Positions 45,618 to 60,200 of a stretch of 64,000 bases of DNA are shown here, piece by piece. Each line of letters opens with the position of its first letter. Positions within the stretch are counted from its first letter, which is position 1. Source of the stretch: a virus; the IMG/VR virus record IMGVR_UViG_3300033075_000609, positions 5,224 through 69,223 of that record. One strand, written 5' to 3'. A program made the translations under genes and the position numbers. The notes beneath the pieces were generated by a model. It was not told the origin of the DNA and did no database searches. It saw only the letters and a program-made list of their open reading frames with translations.

Positions 45618-48233
45618 ATGATATCATATATCAGCCAACCAATTAAAAGCACAGTTGAACCTTATCATGAGAATGTAAATCTCATTGCTCAAGTAGCTCA
45701 ACAGAAACAAAATAAGTACGACAATATATTGTCTACTATATTACAGAAACAAAGTCAACTCTTAAATTTAGATACTTCCTATGGAAGTGAGGAAGCTGGT
45801 TTAAGGAAAGATAATCTTTTAAAAGAGGCTGATAACCAATTAAATAAATTAGCAAGTTCAGATTTAACAATTCCTGATAATATATCTCAAGTAGAGAATA
45901 TATTTACTCCTATTATTTCAGACAAAGATGTTATGGATGCTGCAAGTATAACTGCATTTACTAAAGAACAAGCATCTTATTTTGATGAGTGGAAAAAAGA
46001 TGGTAAGGGACTTTATGATGCTAAAAATGAAGCATATTTTTTAGAACAAGTTCAGAAAAATAGAAAATCTTCTTTAAAAGAAGTAAAAGAAAAGGGTTAT
46101 TCTAAGCCTGTTGCTACTGAATTTACAGATATTGATAAATGGTATAGAGAGTCTATTAAGGAATTATTACCAAATGTAACTATGACAATTGCACCTGATG
46201 GACAAGGTAGAATTTTTTCTCAAGAAGGTAAAATTGTTTCTGAAGACAGAATATTAAAAATGTTGCCTACTAATGCCAAAATAATTGCTCAAGCTGAAAT
46301 TAATGCTCATTATGATTATGCTAATGTAAATCAAAATGATTTATTAAGTGTACAACAAAAATCTTTATTGTCTAAACAATCTTCTGTAAAAGCAGTAATG
46401 GATAGAAATTCTAAAGAAATTGGTTATTTAGAAGATCAAATAAAAAATATAGAACAAAATACAGAATCGGGACAAAGACAGGTAGAAGCTACTGCATTTA
46501 CTAAAGAACAGTTAATTCAACAATTAAAAGATAAAATTCAAGATTATAGGACAACTAATGAAGATTATCAAAAAACTTTTAAAGAATATGATGATTCTAT
46601 TAATGAATTTAATAGTACTTATAAATTTAATGGAGGTAGTTTTGAAAAGCAATTAACTGAAGATCAATTAAAGAATCTTAAAACTTCTACTTGGTTAAAT
46701 TCCAGAAAAGAACAATTTGCTGAAGCTATGTCCTATAGTCAAAATACTATAAAAGTAGATACTGATCAAATTCAATTAGAGTATATTAAGCATAAATATG
46801 GTTTAGAGGATAAAGAAGTAGATCACACCTATCAAATGATTGAAGATGCTGCTAAAGACTCAAGAGATCCTAACAAATTACAATATGATGCGAATGGTAA
46901 TTTAGTACCAAATACTATTACAGATCCTTTATCTGCATTTGGAGATACTCCTGCCAATGATAATACTTCTGAAGTCTCTAAGTATGAAAAAGGACAAGAA
47001 TTTACGGGGTTGGTAAAATCATTTGGAGAATTTAAAGCTAATTTAGATTTATTACCAGATAATTATATATCTAAAAAGAAGATAGAAAATAGTGCATATG
47101 ATGAAAAAATGTTTGAGCAAGATAGACAACGATATTTAGATGTATTAACTGAATGGGATAACAATAAATCTTTAAAACCTACTGATAAATTAAAAGATAG
47201 TGAACAAACTTATCAAGATTTTTTTAAGGAAAATCAAGATATGAAAGATTTTATAGTTACTAAAGATGGAATGACTTCTATAAATAACAGTCAAGTTGAA
47301 ATTGTAGCTAAAATAATGAGATATGCGGAAACAAGAACTCAAGGAGATTTACACTTTAGACCTTCTAAAAAAGATATAATAATTTCTTATAATGAAATAG
47401 TTCCTGGTTCAGGAAGTTCAGATGATCCTTATACAGGAAAAGAAAGGTTACAAAAACAGTTAATAATTCCTGCTTCCATTTCAGAGAAATACTTAAAAGG
47501 AGAATTGTTAGAAGGGGATTACAATGCAATAATGAGGGCTAATTCAAATAAATTTAATTGGGGAGATGATCAATTGTTAAAAGATGTTGTAAAAAAAGCT
47601 GCTCCTGTTGAAGAAATATATTCCAAATATAAATCAACTTATGATAGATATAAAAATCAAAAAGCTAGTGAATATCAACAAGGTTATTTAACTCCTGGAG
47701 TATATTTAAAAAATATAATTGGTGAGAAATCTTCAGGAAAAGCAATTAATGATAATACTATTCAATATTTAAGAACTTTTTCAGATGCTAAATTTGCAAA
47801 AGATGATATAGATGTAAAATATTTTTATAGGGATGCTTCATCTCCTTCAGGTTGGTCAGTTAAATTTACTACTACAGGTACTCAAATAGATGATAAAGGG
47901 ATTGCTACTAAATTAGCTCCCGTATCAGACACTAGACATCTTACTAATCTTTTTGTAAAAGATACTAATTTAAATCTTGTAGGAGACGTATCAGAAATCG
48001 CAAAAAACCTTAATTTACAAAAAATAGGAGATCCTGATTCAAAAGTGCAAGAATTTTTATATCCTTATTTAGGAAAATTTTATAAATTTGTACAATCAAA
48101 TGAAGGTATAAATGTTTATGAAAAAACAGGAGATACTACATTTAAAAAATTAAATTCAAATCCATCTACAGTAGATCAATTAACAAAAACTGTAATAATG
48201 TATAGAGAACAAGAAATAAATGGTAAAAGATGA
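45618..48233 (+). CDS. large virion cargo/ejection protein
   Basis: Helical 871-aa protein directly upstream of the vRNAP polyprotein; crAss-like synteny. Confidence 0.6.
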   Translation: MISYISQPIKSTVEPYHENVNLIAQVAQQKQNKYDNILSTILQKQSQLLNLDTSYGSEEAGLRKDNLLKEADNQLNKLASSDLTIPDNISQVENIFTPIISDKDVMDAASITAFTKEQASYFDEWKKDGKGLYDAKNEAYFLEQVQKNRKSSLKEVKEKGYSKPVATEFTDIDKWYRESIKELLPNVTMTIAPDGQGRIFSQEGKIVSEDRILKMLPTNAKIIAQAEINAHYDYANVNQNDLLSVQQKSLLSKQSSVKAVMDRNSKEIGYLEDQIKNIEQNTESGQRQVEATAFTKEQLIQQLKDKIQDYRTTNEDYQKTFKEYDDSINEFNSTYKFNGGSFEKQLTEDQLKNLKTSTWLNSRKEQFAEAMSYSQNTIKVDTDQIQLEYIKHKYGLEDKEVDHTYQMIEDAAKDSRDPNKLQYDANGNLVPNTITDPLSAFGDTPANDNTSEVSKYEKGQEFTGLVKSFGEFKANLDLLPDNYISKKKIENSAYDEKMFEQDRQRYLDVLTEWDNNKSLKPTDKLKDSEQTYQDFFKENQDMKDFIVTKDGMTSINNSQVEIVAKIMRYAETRTQGDLHFRPSKKDIIISYNEIVPGSGSSDDPYTGKERLQKQLIIPASISEKYLKGELLEGDYNAIMRANSNKFNWGDDQLLKDVVKKAAPVEEIYSKYKSTYDRYKNQKASEYQQGYLTPGVYLKNIIGEKSSGKAINDNTIQYLRTFSDAKFAKDDIDVKYFYRDASSPSGWSVKFTTTGTQIDDKGIATKLAPVSDTRHLTNLFVKDTNLNLVGDVSEIAKNLNLQKIGDPDSKVQEFLYPYLGKFYKFVQSNEGINVYEKTGDTTFKKLNSNPSTVDQLTKTVIMYREQEINGKR

Positions 48234-51200
48234 TAGATAACTTATTAGGAAGCTTAGATTATACTACAAAAATCCCTTTAACTACTAAAGAAAATACGGA
48301 ATTACCTAAATTCCCAGATTTATCCCCAGTAAATATTAATTCTTTGTTAACAAATCAACAAATAGAGAATAAATCTGTTAGTTTTGATGATTTACTTAAA
48401 CAAACTAATCAAAAATATGGTAGAGCGGAAACATTAGGAAAACCTTATTTTATTAATAAGTATGAATATGAGAGATTTATAAATTCCGATAAAGATAATA
48501 ATAGTTTTTTTGATTGGAAGAAAAATCCAGTCTTTAAAAATCCATTATATTTTGATAATGAAGAATTAAATGCTAAAAATCAATCAGGATTTAGACAATT
48601 AATAAATGGAACTTCTAAAATGCTACCAGGAGCATTAAATGCATTTGTAAGTGGATTAGATCCTAGACCAGGAGTAAAAGATAATGAATTTAATCAGTGG
48701 ATTAGTGATTGGACTAAAGAATTAGAATATACCCATCCTAATTATTATACTAAAGAACAATCTAATTCAGTATTAAAAGGTATTGTTCCATTTACTGAAG
48801 GATCTGGAAATTTTTGGGGAGATAAAGTTTTAAAAAATGCAGGATTTACAATAGGTGCAATTGGATCTGCTATAGCTTGGGATGCTGTTATAAGTGCCAC
48901 AACAGCAGGAATAGGTGCTGTACCTGCTACAGAATTAGCATTGGGTAAATTAATTACTTCCCTTGAAAAGCAATTTTCTACTGTACAAAAAGTAATTAGG
49001 GGGGCAGAAGGTTCTTCTATTTTAGGAAATACTATTAAGAGTTCCAGAATAGCTTATGAAGGAATAAAAGATTGGTCAACGGGACAAAAAGCTCTTAATT
49101 TAGCTAAATTAGGATATATTAATTATGTAGGTTCTAATGCAGAAGCGTCTTTAGAAGGTTATCAAGGATTAGTAGATTTAAATGAAAAATTAATTCAAGA
49201 ATTTAAAGATAAAAATGGAAGAGATCCCGAGGCTAATGAATATAGTAATATTAAAAAAATAGCTAATCAAATGGCTAATACTCGATATGCTATGAATCTT
49301 CCTTTATTAATGATTACCAATGCTATTGAATTTGGTACTTTATTTTCTCCATCTAAAATAATCAGAACAGGTGGAGTAGGATTTGGAGAAAGAATTGGAG
49401 TAAATGAAGCAGGTCAATTATTCCAAAGAGGTTGGAAAGATTTTTCTAAATTAGAAAAAGCAGGAAAAATAATAGGAAGTGAGCCTGTAAAGAATTTTAT
49501 TGCAGAAGGTTTTCAAGAGGGCGCACAGTATTCTATAGAAAAAGCTACAGAGGATTTAGGATTTAAAAAGTTTAAAAATCCTAATTTTAGGGTAGGACTT
49601 TCTGAATACATGGAATCTCAAGCATTAGGTATTCAAAAAACATTTGGAGATAAAGAAGGATTAGAATCTATGTTAATTGGGGGATTAACTGGTTTAATAA
49701 CAGCAGGAGGGACTACAGCTTGGGATAAATTTGTATCTAAAAGAAGCGAGAAAGAGGATAAAATAATAGGAGAAAATATAGAACAATATAATCAATTAAA
49801 TTCTGAAAATATTTTAAATGCTGATTCTTTCAAAGATTATTTAAAAGCAGTTGCTGATAGAGATCAAATTAATTTTGATGGAACTACCACTCATCTAATA
49901 TTAGATGCTCAAATGCAACAAGCTATAAAAGATAAAAATGTTTTTGCATTTAAAGCTTTGCAACATGATAAATTATTTAATTTAATTTCCTTAGCTACTA
50001 AATTAAGTAAGGTAGATGCATTAAAGTTAAAAATAGATCAATTAAAAGATTTGTCAGTAGATGAATTTGCTCAGCAAATGGGTATAGAAGATTTAACTGA
50101 TGAAAAAAGAGTTGAATTAAAAGCTAATTTAGATGATTACATAGATTTAATTAAAAACAAAGTAGATACTATATCAGAAATTATCAAAACTGTGGATAAT
50201 GGGTTATTAAATAAATTTGATCCTGAAAAAGAACCTGCAAAGTTTAATGCTTTTAATTCTTTAAAAGAAACTTTTGCTTACCAACTATCTCATATAGAAG
50301 ATATTCAGGGAAGAATGACAGAAGAAATGGATAATATTCTTTCTTCTAAAGTTAACCCTTTATCTCAATCTTTATTAAATACTCTTACAGGACAGGAAGA
50401 TCCTGATGAATCTTTAATTATAGATGATTTTACTAAAAACTTTATTTCAGAAAAAGGATTTGATTTAAATATATTAAATACTAAATATGCAAAAGGTTAT
50501 ACTCAACAATTTAATCAATTAGCATCTGAAATAGCTACTTTAAATATGCAGGTTGAAACAGCTAAGGCTGCTAAACTTCCTTATTCAGGATATGCATCTA
50601 AATTAGCTGATAAAAAGAAAGAATTATCTAATTTAACTACTTTCTTGGAAGAATTTAATACTAAAATTAAGAAATTTGGGGAGGCTTCTGCATTAAGAAA
50701 AGACTTTATGCATCAGGAAGTTATTGATTCTTTTAAAGATTTAACTGCTCACGTAGTTAAATATGAAATGAATAAAAATCTTAAACAATCAATTGGTCTT
50801 ACTCAAGCAGATGATTTGGTAGATGCAATTGCTGATTTACATTTATTAAACAGTTCTTTAAATTTATTTGTAGATAAAAACAATAAATTTAAGACTCCTA
50901 AAGGTCAGGATGAATATATAAATGAATATATCAAATGGAAATCATTTGCTGAAAATAAAGTTCAAGAAGCAGTAAGAAAATCAAAATATGAAACACTTAG
51001 AAGAACTCCAGAAGAATCTATTAATCAATTAGCAAGTGAAATTCAAACTAATTTATCTGAAATAGAATCTATAAAAGCTCAAATAGAAGAAATAGATAAA
51101 CAACTACTTGATGAAAAAACTACAGATGAAGAAAAAGAATTACTTGAAAAAAGAAAAGATGAACTTCTAAAACAAAAACAAGAACTTTTAGATGAAAATA

Positions 51201-54200
51201 AAGAACTTGAAGAAACTAAAAAAGTTATTGAAGGAAAAAGTAAAGAAGATACTCAAGAACAAAATACTTTAAATACTACAAATAATTCTGAATCAGAAAT
51301 AGTAGAAAGATTATCAGAAATAATTTTACCTAATTTAGGAGAAAATTTATTTAGTAATATCAATGAAAAAATAAATAAAACTAAAGAAGAGTTACAAAAA
51401 GTAAATCAAGAAGTTATTTCTAATAATGATTTATTGATTTATCTTAACAATAAGTTAGAATTTTATTTACAAAAAATTAATAATGAGCAAATAAAAATAG
51501 ATAAACAATTAGAAAAATTACCCAATACTAAATATTCTAAGAAACAAAAACAAGAAAGGTACAAGGAGTTAATTTCTAAACATAAAGATTTGTTATTAGC
51601 TGCCCAAGATATTCAAAATAGGATAAGTGAGATAGAAAAAACAAATAATATTCAAAAGCAAGAAATAGAAGATTTAGAGAAAAAAATACAATATTATCAA
51701 TCAATTTTAAATACAGAAAAAACTCATACAGTAGAATTACAACAAAAATTAGCTACTACAAAATCAAGTTTAGAAAAAACAAATAGATTAATTGAAAAAA
51801 CAGAATCTTATATAGATAGATTAAAATCTTTATTAAAAGAAATTGTAAAAGCTATTTCTAATAGGATTTCTATTTTAAATGATTTTTTGGAATCTCAAGG
51901 TAAAAATACTCCAAAACTTCAAGAAGATATTGCAAAAATAAAAACACAATTATTGCAAGATAATATAGATGGTGAATTATTTGTAGAATTTAATAAATTA
52001 GAAAAAGATGTAAATGATGTTTTAGATCATGAAGAAATTAATCAAGAATTATTAGATAAAGCTGAATTATTATTACAGACTCAAATAGAAAAAGCAATTA
52101 AACTACAAAATGAAATTAGATATTTAAGTGAATTATTTCAAGAAAATTTAAATGAAGTAAAAAAAGAAAATACTAATCCTAGTAGTCCTCAAAATAAAAA
52201 AATTGTTGAAGAAATTAAGCAAGAAGTTGTTGAAGAAGAAAAACCTGAAGTAATAGCAGAAGAAGTAAAACCTGTTCCAATTCCAGTAACTATTACTAGA
52301 GAAACAGTAATTATTCAAACTCCTACTCCTGAAGTAGAAGAAATACCTTTTTTTGGTACAAGTAGATTAATGCAATCTTTCTATTACAAATTAGCAAATA
52401 GAACTTTTGGAAATGTAATGATAGCTTCTTTTCATAATTTTTTAGGTAAACTAAGAACTTTTGATGGAGTAGCACATAAACAAAACTTAGAATCTTTTTT
52501 AAACCAGAATAATTTACAATTTACAGTATTGTTAGCTCCTGATGAATTATATACACCTAATGGTGATTATTTTGATGAAGCATATAAAGATAAGAAAGCC
52601 CCTATAGTTGCTCTTACAGATAAAGAAGGTAATTTAGTTAAAGTAGATAAAAATAATAATTTATCAGATGATGGGAATTATATAGTTTCTCTTTTACCTC
52701 CTGTAAATAAAGATGCTACTGATTTACAAGATTTTAATTCTACAGTAGAAAAGGTTAAAAATGGAGAAAAAGTCTCTGTTGAAGTAGATGCTTCTCATGC
52801 AGGACATTTTAATTTTCTTAGGCAACCAAAAGAATTTGTACTTACACCTGAAATATTAGAAAATCCTAATGTTACTTTAGAAATTCCAAATACTAAAGAA
52901 GCCAGAGAAGTTAATGGCTATACATTAATGCCAGGTAAACTATATTTAAAAATAGCTAATAACAGAAATAAATCATTAATGTTCTTAGATGTTAAATTAA
53001 ACAAACTAAGTCAAATATCTATAAATGGAAAATCCTTACCAAAAACTATCTATGATAGTGTTTTACATATTATAAACAATGTTGATGAAAGTTTAAGTTA
53101 TAAACAAGAATTAGATAATTTTTTAAACAGTATTTTATATGTAACAGCATATAAAGGAAGTCCAAAAAGAGAACCTGTAATAGTACAAGTTAATGGAGAT
53201 TTTTACCAATTTAAAATAGATACTACATCTAATGAACCTAGTTTTACTATAGAAAAAAATAGAGAAGTAATATTTGAATTATCCAATACAAAAAAAGATG
53301 ATGTAGCTACATTACAAAATATATTAAAGTTTTTTGATTTAAATGATACAGAACAAGGAGAAATAAAAATACCTATTTTAGAAAGTGGTAAATTGAGATT
53401 TGAAACTCAAGACTATATAGATTTCCTAGTTCAAAATGCAAATCCTACGGTTAGATATGAATTAGATTTTTCAATGGAAAATCCTTTTGATTTTACAGGT
53501 GGAGAAATTTATTTTAAAACTCCATCTAAAGTAGAGGAAACTTTTACACAAACAGAAACACCTACTACAGAAATAACATCTAATCAATCTGAAATAGATA
53601 AAAAAGCTGATATAGAAAGAAGAAAACAAGCTCTTAGAGATTTGATGAGAGCTACTGATGATGACATATTTATGTTAGGGGTAGAAGATGGTACTTTTAT
53701 GGGAGAATCTTTACTTAATATGAATGAAAACGGAGATGTTGTTTTAACAAGGTATGCTGATTCAGAAGAAGGTCTTACTAAAGGAAAGGGAAAAACTAAA
53801 AATTTAAAAGATATTGCAGGACAATTTGGAGGTGAACAAATAGCCACAAGTGGAATAGAAGGTGGAGCAGCATCTTTTGCTAATGGAGTTGTTGGGGAAT
53901 ATCATATACCTTTACAAGAATTAATTGATTTAATAAAAAGCGAAGATGTTGTATTTGCAGGGTTAGGAAATAAAGAATTTGTTTTAAGTCCACATATTGC
54001 TGATAAATATTTAACTAAAATAAATGGTAAACAAATCAACTCTAAATATGATGCAGAACAAAAAGAATCTACTATAGATGAAAAAACTCTTGAAGGATTT
54101 AGCTCTGAAGAAGATTTAGCAAAAGCATTTGGAACTAAACCATTAGAACAAAGTAAAAATCTTGAAGAATTAACTAAAGAAGTTGTAAAACCTATAAAAA

Positions 54201-57200
54201 TAACTAAAGAAGATAAATTTAAAGGATTAGATGATGAAATACCTAAAATTATAAAATCAGCTAAATCTTTACCAATTGTACAATCTTTAAATGTAACTAA
54301 TACTGATATAGAAAAAGTAAAAGCTATTTTTAAAGGTAATGTTAATGTTGAAAATTTATTTCAAATAGCTAATTCTGATGCTTGGGCAACTTTTCAACAA
54401 TCAGCTATTACATTATATAAAGGAGCTACAAGGGCAGATTTATTTCATGAAGCTTGGCATCATTTTTCTCAATTGTATTTAACTAAAGATGAAAAAGTTA
54501 AGTTATATGAAGAAACAAGGAATAAAGTAAAAGATTTAAAAGATAAATCTGACTTAGAAGTAGAAGAATATATTGCAAGAGAGTTTGCTAAATTTACTGA
54601 AACAGGCAAAATAGAAGGTAAATTTCCTGAAAGAAAATCTATTTTCCAAAAAATAATGGATTTTTTGAAATCTATTTTTTCTAATGAAACTGATTTATCT
54701 TTAGATAGTTTATTTAATAATCTTTATAAAGGACAAATTAATCATTTAGCTTACAATACTGAAAACATAATGTTTGGTAAGTTAAATAGTGGTATTAATG
54801 ATAATTTTAATTACAATGACAGTAAGCTAATTTTATCAGGATTAGATGCTTTATTTATACAAGTATTAGAATATTATAAAATCTCAGGTAGTCAACTATC
54901 TAATATTGAAAATATTAATAGTGTTTATAATTCTGTAGCTAAAGTTTTAAAAAATATTTATGATGCTTCTTTTGATGAAAATGAAGAATCTATTAATCCT
55001 ACAATTTCTATAAATTTAGGAAGAATATCTGATAATTGGAATGATGTTAAAAAAGCACATTATAAAGAATCTGTAATTTTTAATAAAGATAGAGATTCAT
55101 ATGAATTTGATGATGATGGTAATTTAGTTTCCAAAGAAGAAAATGAAGATGATAAAAAAGGTAGAAATAAAGCTGATTTTCAAGAAGCTTCTGAAAAATC
55201 TATTTTTGATATCATGGATAAAGAAGTTAAATCTCTTATTTTCACTTTAGTAGATAAAGATAAAAATGGAAATGAAATAGTTGATTCTATTTTTGGATTA
55301 CCAAAATTAGTTGACTTTCAAAGATATGTAAATATAATTTCTGAAAAATTATCAAATCAAAATACTTTTGCAGATGTAGAAAGAGTATTGAATGAACTTT
55401 CAAAAGATTATCCTTCTATGAAAGATTTATTAAATAGTTTGACTATTAATGAATCAAATGAAGTTAAACATTTAAGAGTACAATTTATTCAGAATATGGC
55501 TTTAGTCAAAAGAGAACTCTATGTTGTACTTTATAATGAAGAAAGTAAAACATATAATATTAAAGCAGCTCAATCTAATAAACAAAATCAAGTAGAAAAT
55601 GACATTAAAACTTATTTTGTTATTAGTCCTGAAACTAAATTTATTAAAAAAGTAAATGGAGAAAATCAAATTACAGAACCTATAGTCTATGAAAACAAAG
55701 ATGAAGGTTTAGATTATGATTTGCCATTTATTAAAAGTTTAGGAATTAACTTAGATGTATTAGACTATTTAACTGAACAACAACAAATAAAATTTGTAAA
55801 AGATTTTAATATTGTCTTTGTAGTAGAACATTTAAATAATTATCTAAAAGAAAATGGAGCTATTAAAGATATTTTTAAAGCTCTTAAAACTAAAGTAAAT
55901 GGAAAAACTCAAGAAAGTGCTTTTAAAACTTTAGTTGATTATAATTTAACTTATTTACCTGAAAATATTTCATCTTCATTTTTAAATGCATCAGGCAAAA
56001 TAGAAAATGAAAATGTAATGTGGGCTACATTTGATAAAGATTTTAATGCTTTACAAAAAGCTAAAACTATTCAAGAATTAATTGAAAATCCTAATAGAAA
56101 ATTTTATAATCCTAATAATTTAGATATTAGTAGTTCTAAAATAATGGATTTATTATTTGACCAAAGTGGTAAAAGAACTAAGTATAAAATAGACATTCAA
56201 AACTATAATGGTTTAGCTTCAGAAAAAGAAGGAGTAGATGGTAAAAAAACTAAAGAAGTTTTCTACACTGAAAAAGCTATTATGGATATTAGTCAGTTTA
56301 TGAATAGAAATATTTTGACTACTATGCAGTTATCAAATAAAGCAACTTATTTTGGATTAGAATTACCTAAAAAATTAATTGAAGGAAAATATGAGTTTGA
56401 ACAAACTATGCTTAATTATTTATTTGATGAGTTAAATATTATTTATCAATTTGATCAAAAAAATCCTGAATTAACTAAACTAAAAAAATTATCTGATTCA
56501 ATAGGTACTAAGGGAAAATATAATCTAGCTATTTTTAAAGACATTTTAACATCAAATACTCAAGAAATAATAGATGAATATTTAGAAACAGGTAATTTAT
56601 CAAATGAAACTCAAGATTTTGTTCTATCACAAATAAATCAGTTTTTTGAGATAGAATTAAAGAAAGCAGTAGATGTATTACAAGATGATCTTTATAAAAT
56701 AGTACCATCTAAAACAAGTAGTTATTTTGAAGCTAAAAATTTTAAACCTGAAGAAGTTATAAAAGATTACATTCAAAATCAATTTGTTATGAATGTAGAA
56801 TTATCAAAATTAGTATTTGGTAATCCTTATATGCATAAAGATCCATATAAACGTATTGCAGGGGCTACATCTTCTAAAAGAAGATTATTAGCTGATAAAA
56901 GAACTTTAGAAGATTTTAAATCTGTAACTAAAGAAACTCAACGCAGTTCAATAATGCCTATTTTATTGGAAAGACTTAAATTAAAAAGTTATGTGCTTAA
57001 AAATCAAAGAACTTCTGATGATGAATTGAGATTTATATCTTTTAAAGATAGAGAAAAAATGTCTGATAGCTATGATAATTTATTATCTGTTGTTACTAAA
57101 GAATTGAAAAAAACAAAAGAAGGTACTCCAGAACATTATTCTCTCTTACAAAAGAAAATAGCTATTGAAAAAGCTTATAGTAATGTAAATGGCTCTGATG

Positions 57201-60200
57201 CAATGGGTGCTATAACAATGGATGCTTGGAGAAAATTTAATTGGTTAGCAGGTAGATGGTCTACAGAATTAGAAAAAATATATCAAAAAACTATTAAATG
57301 GGATTATCACAATAGACTGCTAAAAGCTTCTAAAACAGAAGAAGAAAAAACTAAACAATTAGCACTTAGGAATGAAAATACAATTACAGATGCAGAAGGT
57401 TTAGCTATTAGTGTAATGAAATATCAATATTATGGAAACATTAAGAATGATTCTATAATGGAGAAAGCATTTCATAAATATCAATTAATGCCTTTAATAC
57501 CACAATTAATAGAAGGTAAACTTTGGGAACAACACCTTGATAGAATGATTTTAGAAGATGTAGATTATGCTTTATTTGATAGTGCTGATAAGTTAGAAAA
57601 ATCAAAAACACTTGATGCATTTTACAATAATGCAGACTTAGACAATGTTAATGTTTTAGAAGATTATGAATCTTATTATAAAGAAGGTAATACTTCTTAC
57701 AATGTTCGTACAGGATATTTAGAAAATATTGGAGAACAAGTGTTTATGGAAAATGGAACAGATTATTCTTTATTATTTGGTAGTCAAGTTCGTAAATTAT
57801 TATTTAATACTGAAGACTTTTCTGATTTATATGATGAATTTAGAAATACAATTGAGCAATTAACTCAAATTGAAAAAGATAATCTCTATCAAAAATCAGG
57901 TTTAAATGAGAATGGACAAGTTGTAGATAAGCCTAAATTTATTCAATTCCTATTAGATGAATTAGATAAAAAAGTAGTTAATTCAAATGTTAAAGAGTAT
58001 TTAAGACTTACTAAAGCAGGAGAATTTGCAGGGTCATTAGATACAAATCTTCAAAGACAACCTATTGAATCCATTGTAAATTCTGTAATACAAAGTAAAA
58101 TTGTAAAACAAAAAATGCATGGAGAATTAATGGTTCAAGTTTCTAATGTAGGGTTTGAAACATTTGGTAAAAAAGATAGTCTTAAATTCTATGAGTTAGA
58201 AAATGGAAAAGTCAGAAAAATGGAAGTTAAAGTTCCTCTTTCTGGTAAATTTAAAAATTTATTAAACTTAACTCATTCAGATGGTAGAAAAATAGAGACA
58301 AGAGAGAGATTAAATGAAATGATTTCTAAAGGATTAATAGATACAAGGGCTATCACTATGGTTGGTTATAGAATTCCTACTCAGGAACATAACTCTATAG
58401 AAGTAATGCAAATACAAGAATTCTTAGATCCTATTTCAAATCTTATAGTAGTTCCATATGAAATTACAGCTAAAGCAGGTTCTGACTTTGATATTGACAA
58501 ATTAAACTTGTTCAAACCTCATATTGATGAAAATGGTTATTATATAGAACAAAAATTTAATTCTAAAATAGAATCTTTAGATAATTATCTAAAAGTTAAA
58601 TCTGAAAATGACACTTTAATTAAACAAATAAGAGTAGAAAAATTTAATTGGCAACATGATTTAGTTAAAGAAACAGATAGGGTAAAACAAGATATCTTCA
58701 CTAAAATCAATAATTTAAAAAATGATTTAAATTTTTATAAAGGACAATTATCTGATAATATCTTATTTAATGCTATTGTTTATGAAAAAAATATATTAAT
58801 GTCTCAAATGCATCAATTATTTGATGATTATATGGCATTAAATTCCAATCAAAAAGATATTGGAGGAGAATATGTTTATAAAAGGGGAGATGCAAGTTAT
58901 AAATTCAAAGATAAATTAAAATTTACAGTAAATAAAGAAGTAAAAGAATTTTTAGATAAGTCTAATAATACTTTTATAAAAAGTTTATTTACAGAGTATG
59001 CAGATATTTCAGAAGAAACTCCTATATATGATGTAAAAAATAAAATAGTTAATGATTATAATGACAAATTAAATGCCTTGTTAAGAATAGCAATTGATTT
59101 AGATACAAGATTTATAGACAATACTTTATTAAAAAATAAAATTCAAGAATTAAGAGGGTTTAAACAATATGATTCTACAGGTACATTTATAGGTTCTGAT
59201 GGCGAAATACAAAAGTTATATTCTCAATTTAATTCAGTGTTTACTAATCCTAAAACTGCAAAAATTTATATTAAAGGAGAAATGCCTGAAGAATTGAAAG
59301 CTATTTATGAAAAAAATATGGGATTTCAGTTTGAATTATCCGAAGAATTAAATAAACTTTACTTTGATAAAAATCAAGCGTTTATAGATATGGTAAACTT
59401 TAAAAATTCTTATCAAAATAGGATAATTGAAATATTTGAAAAAGTATTACTTTCACCGAATAATTTTCTTAATTTAGTTACTCCAAATAGTACATTCATG
59501 TTTGATGAGGCATTAGATGATGTATTTAAAATGAGATATAAGTCAAATGAATACTATGAAAAAGGGGGTAAATTAGTGCCTAATGATATTAAACTTACTA
59601 AATCTTTAATACCAAGATACAACTGGTTTACTTTTAAAGTATTAGGAGAAGCAGGAGCAGGATTAAGTGTAGCTGCTGTAGGGAATGCATTTAGCCAATT
59701 AATTCAAAAAGCAAAAGTTAATTTTACTGAAGAATATTTAAGTCAGTATAATTTAAGATTACCTATAGGAGATATTTCTACAAGAGTATTAAAAGATGGA
59801 CAACCTAAAGCTACTGCATATTCTCAATTAATAAACTTATTGGTAGACGTTGCAAATGACCCAAGAGTAGGATATGCAAATATGGGTGATAGTGTTATTC
59901 CTATTGTTAATTTAATGATTAATTTTGGAACTCCAATTCAAGATATAGTTTATTTTATTAATCAACCAATTATAGTTGATTATGTTTCTTACACTTCTAA
60001 AAACAGAAAAAGTGTAGTAGATGGAGAATATCAAGAAGATGGATTTGCAAGTTATCTAAAAGATAAAATTCTTAATCATCAAAAAACACCTTTAAAATTA
60101 CCAGAAGCTGTAAGCAATTATTTAAACTTAACTGCACAAGAACTTTCAGAAAAATTATCAGATGTAGAATTTAATGCTTCTAAAGAAAGTATGGGTTATA

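Noticed and set aside
58500-59400. Intein after the vRNAP DFDID motif
   Set aside because: The segment is helical/coiled-coil-like with no intein splice residues recognisable
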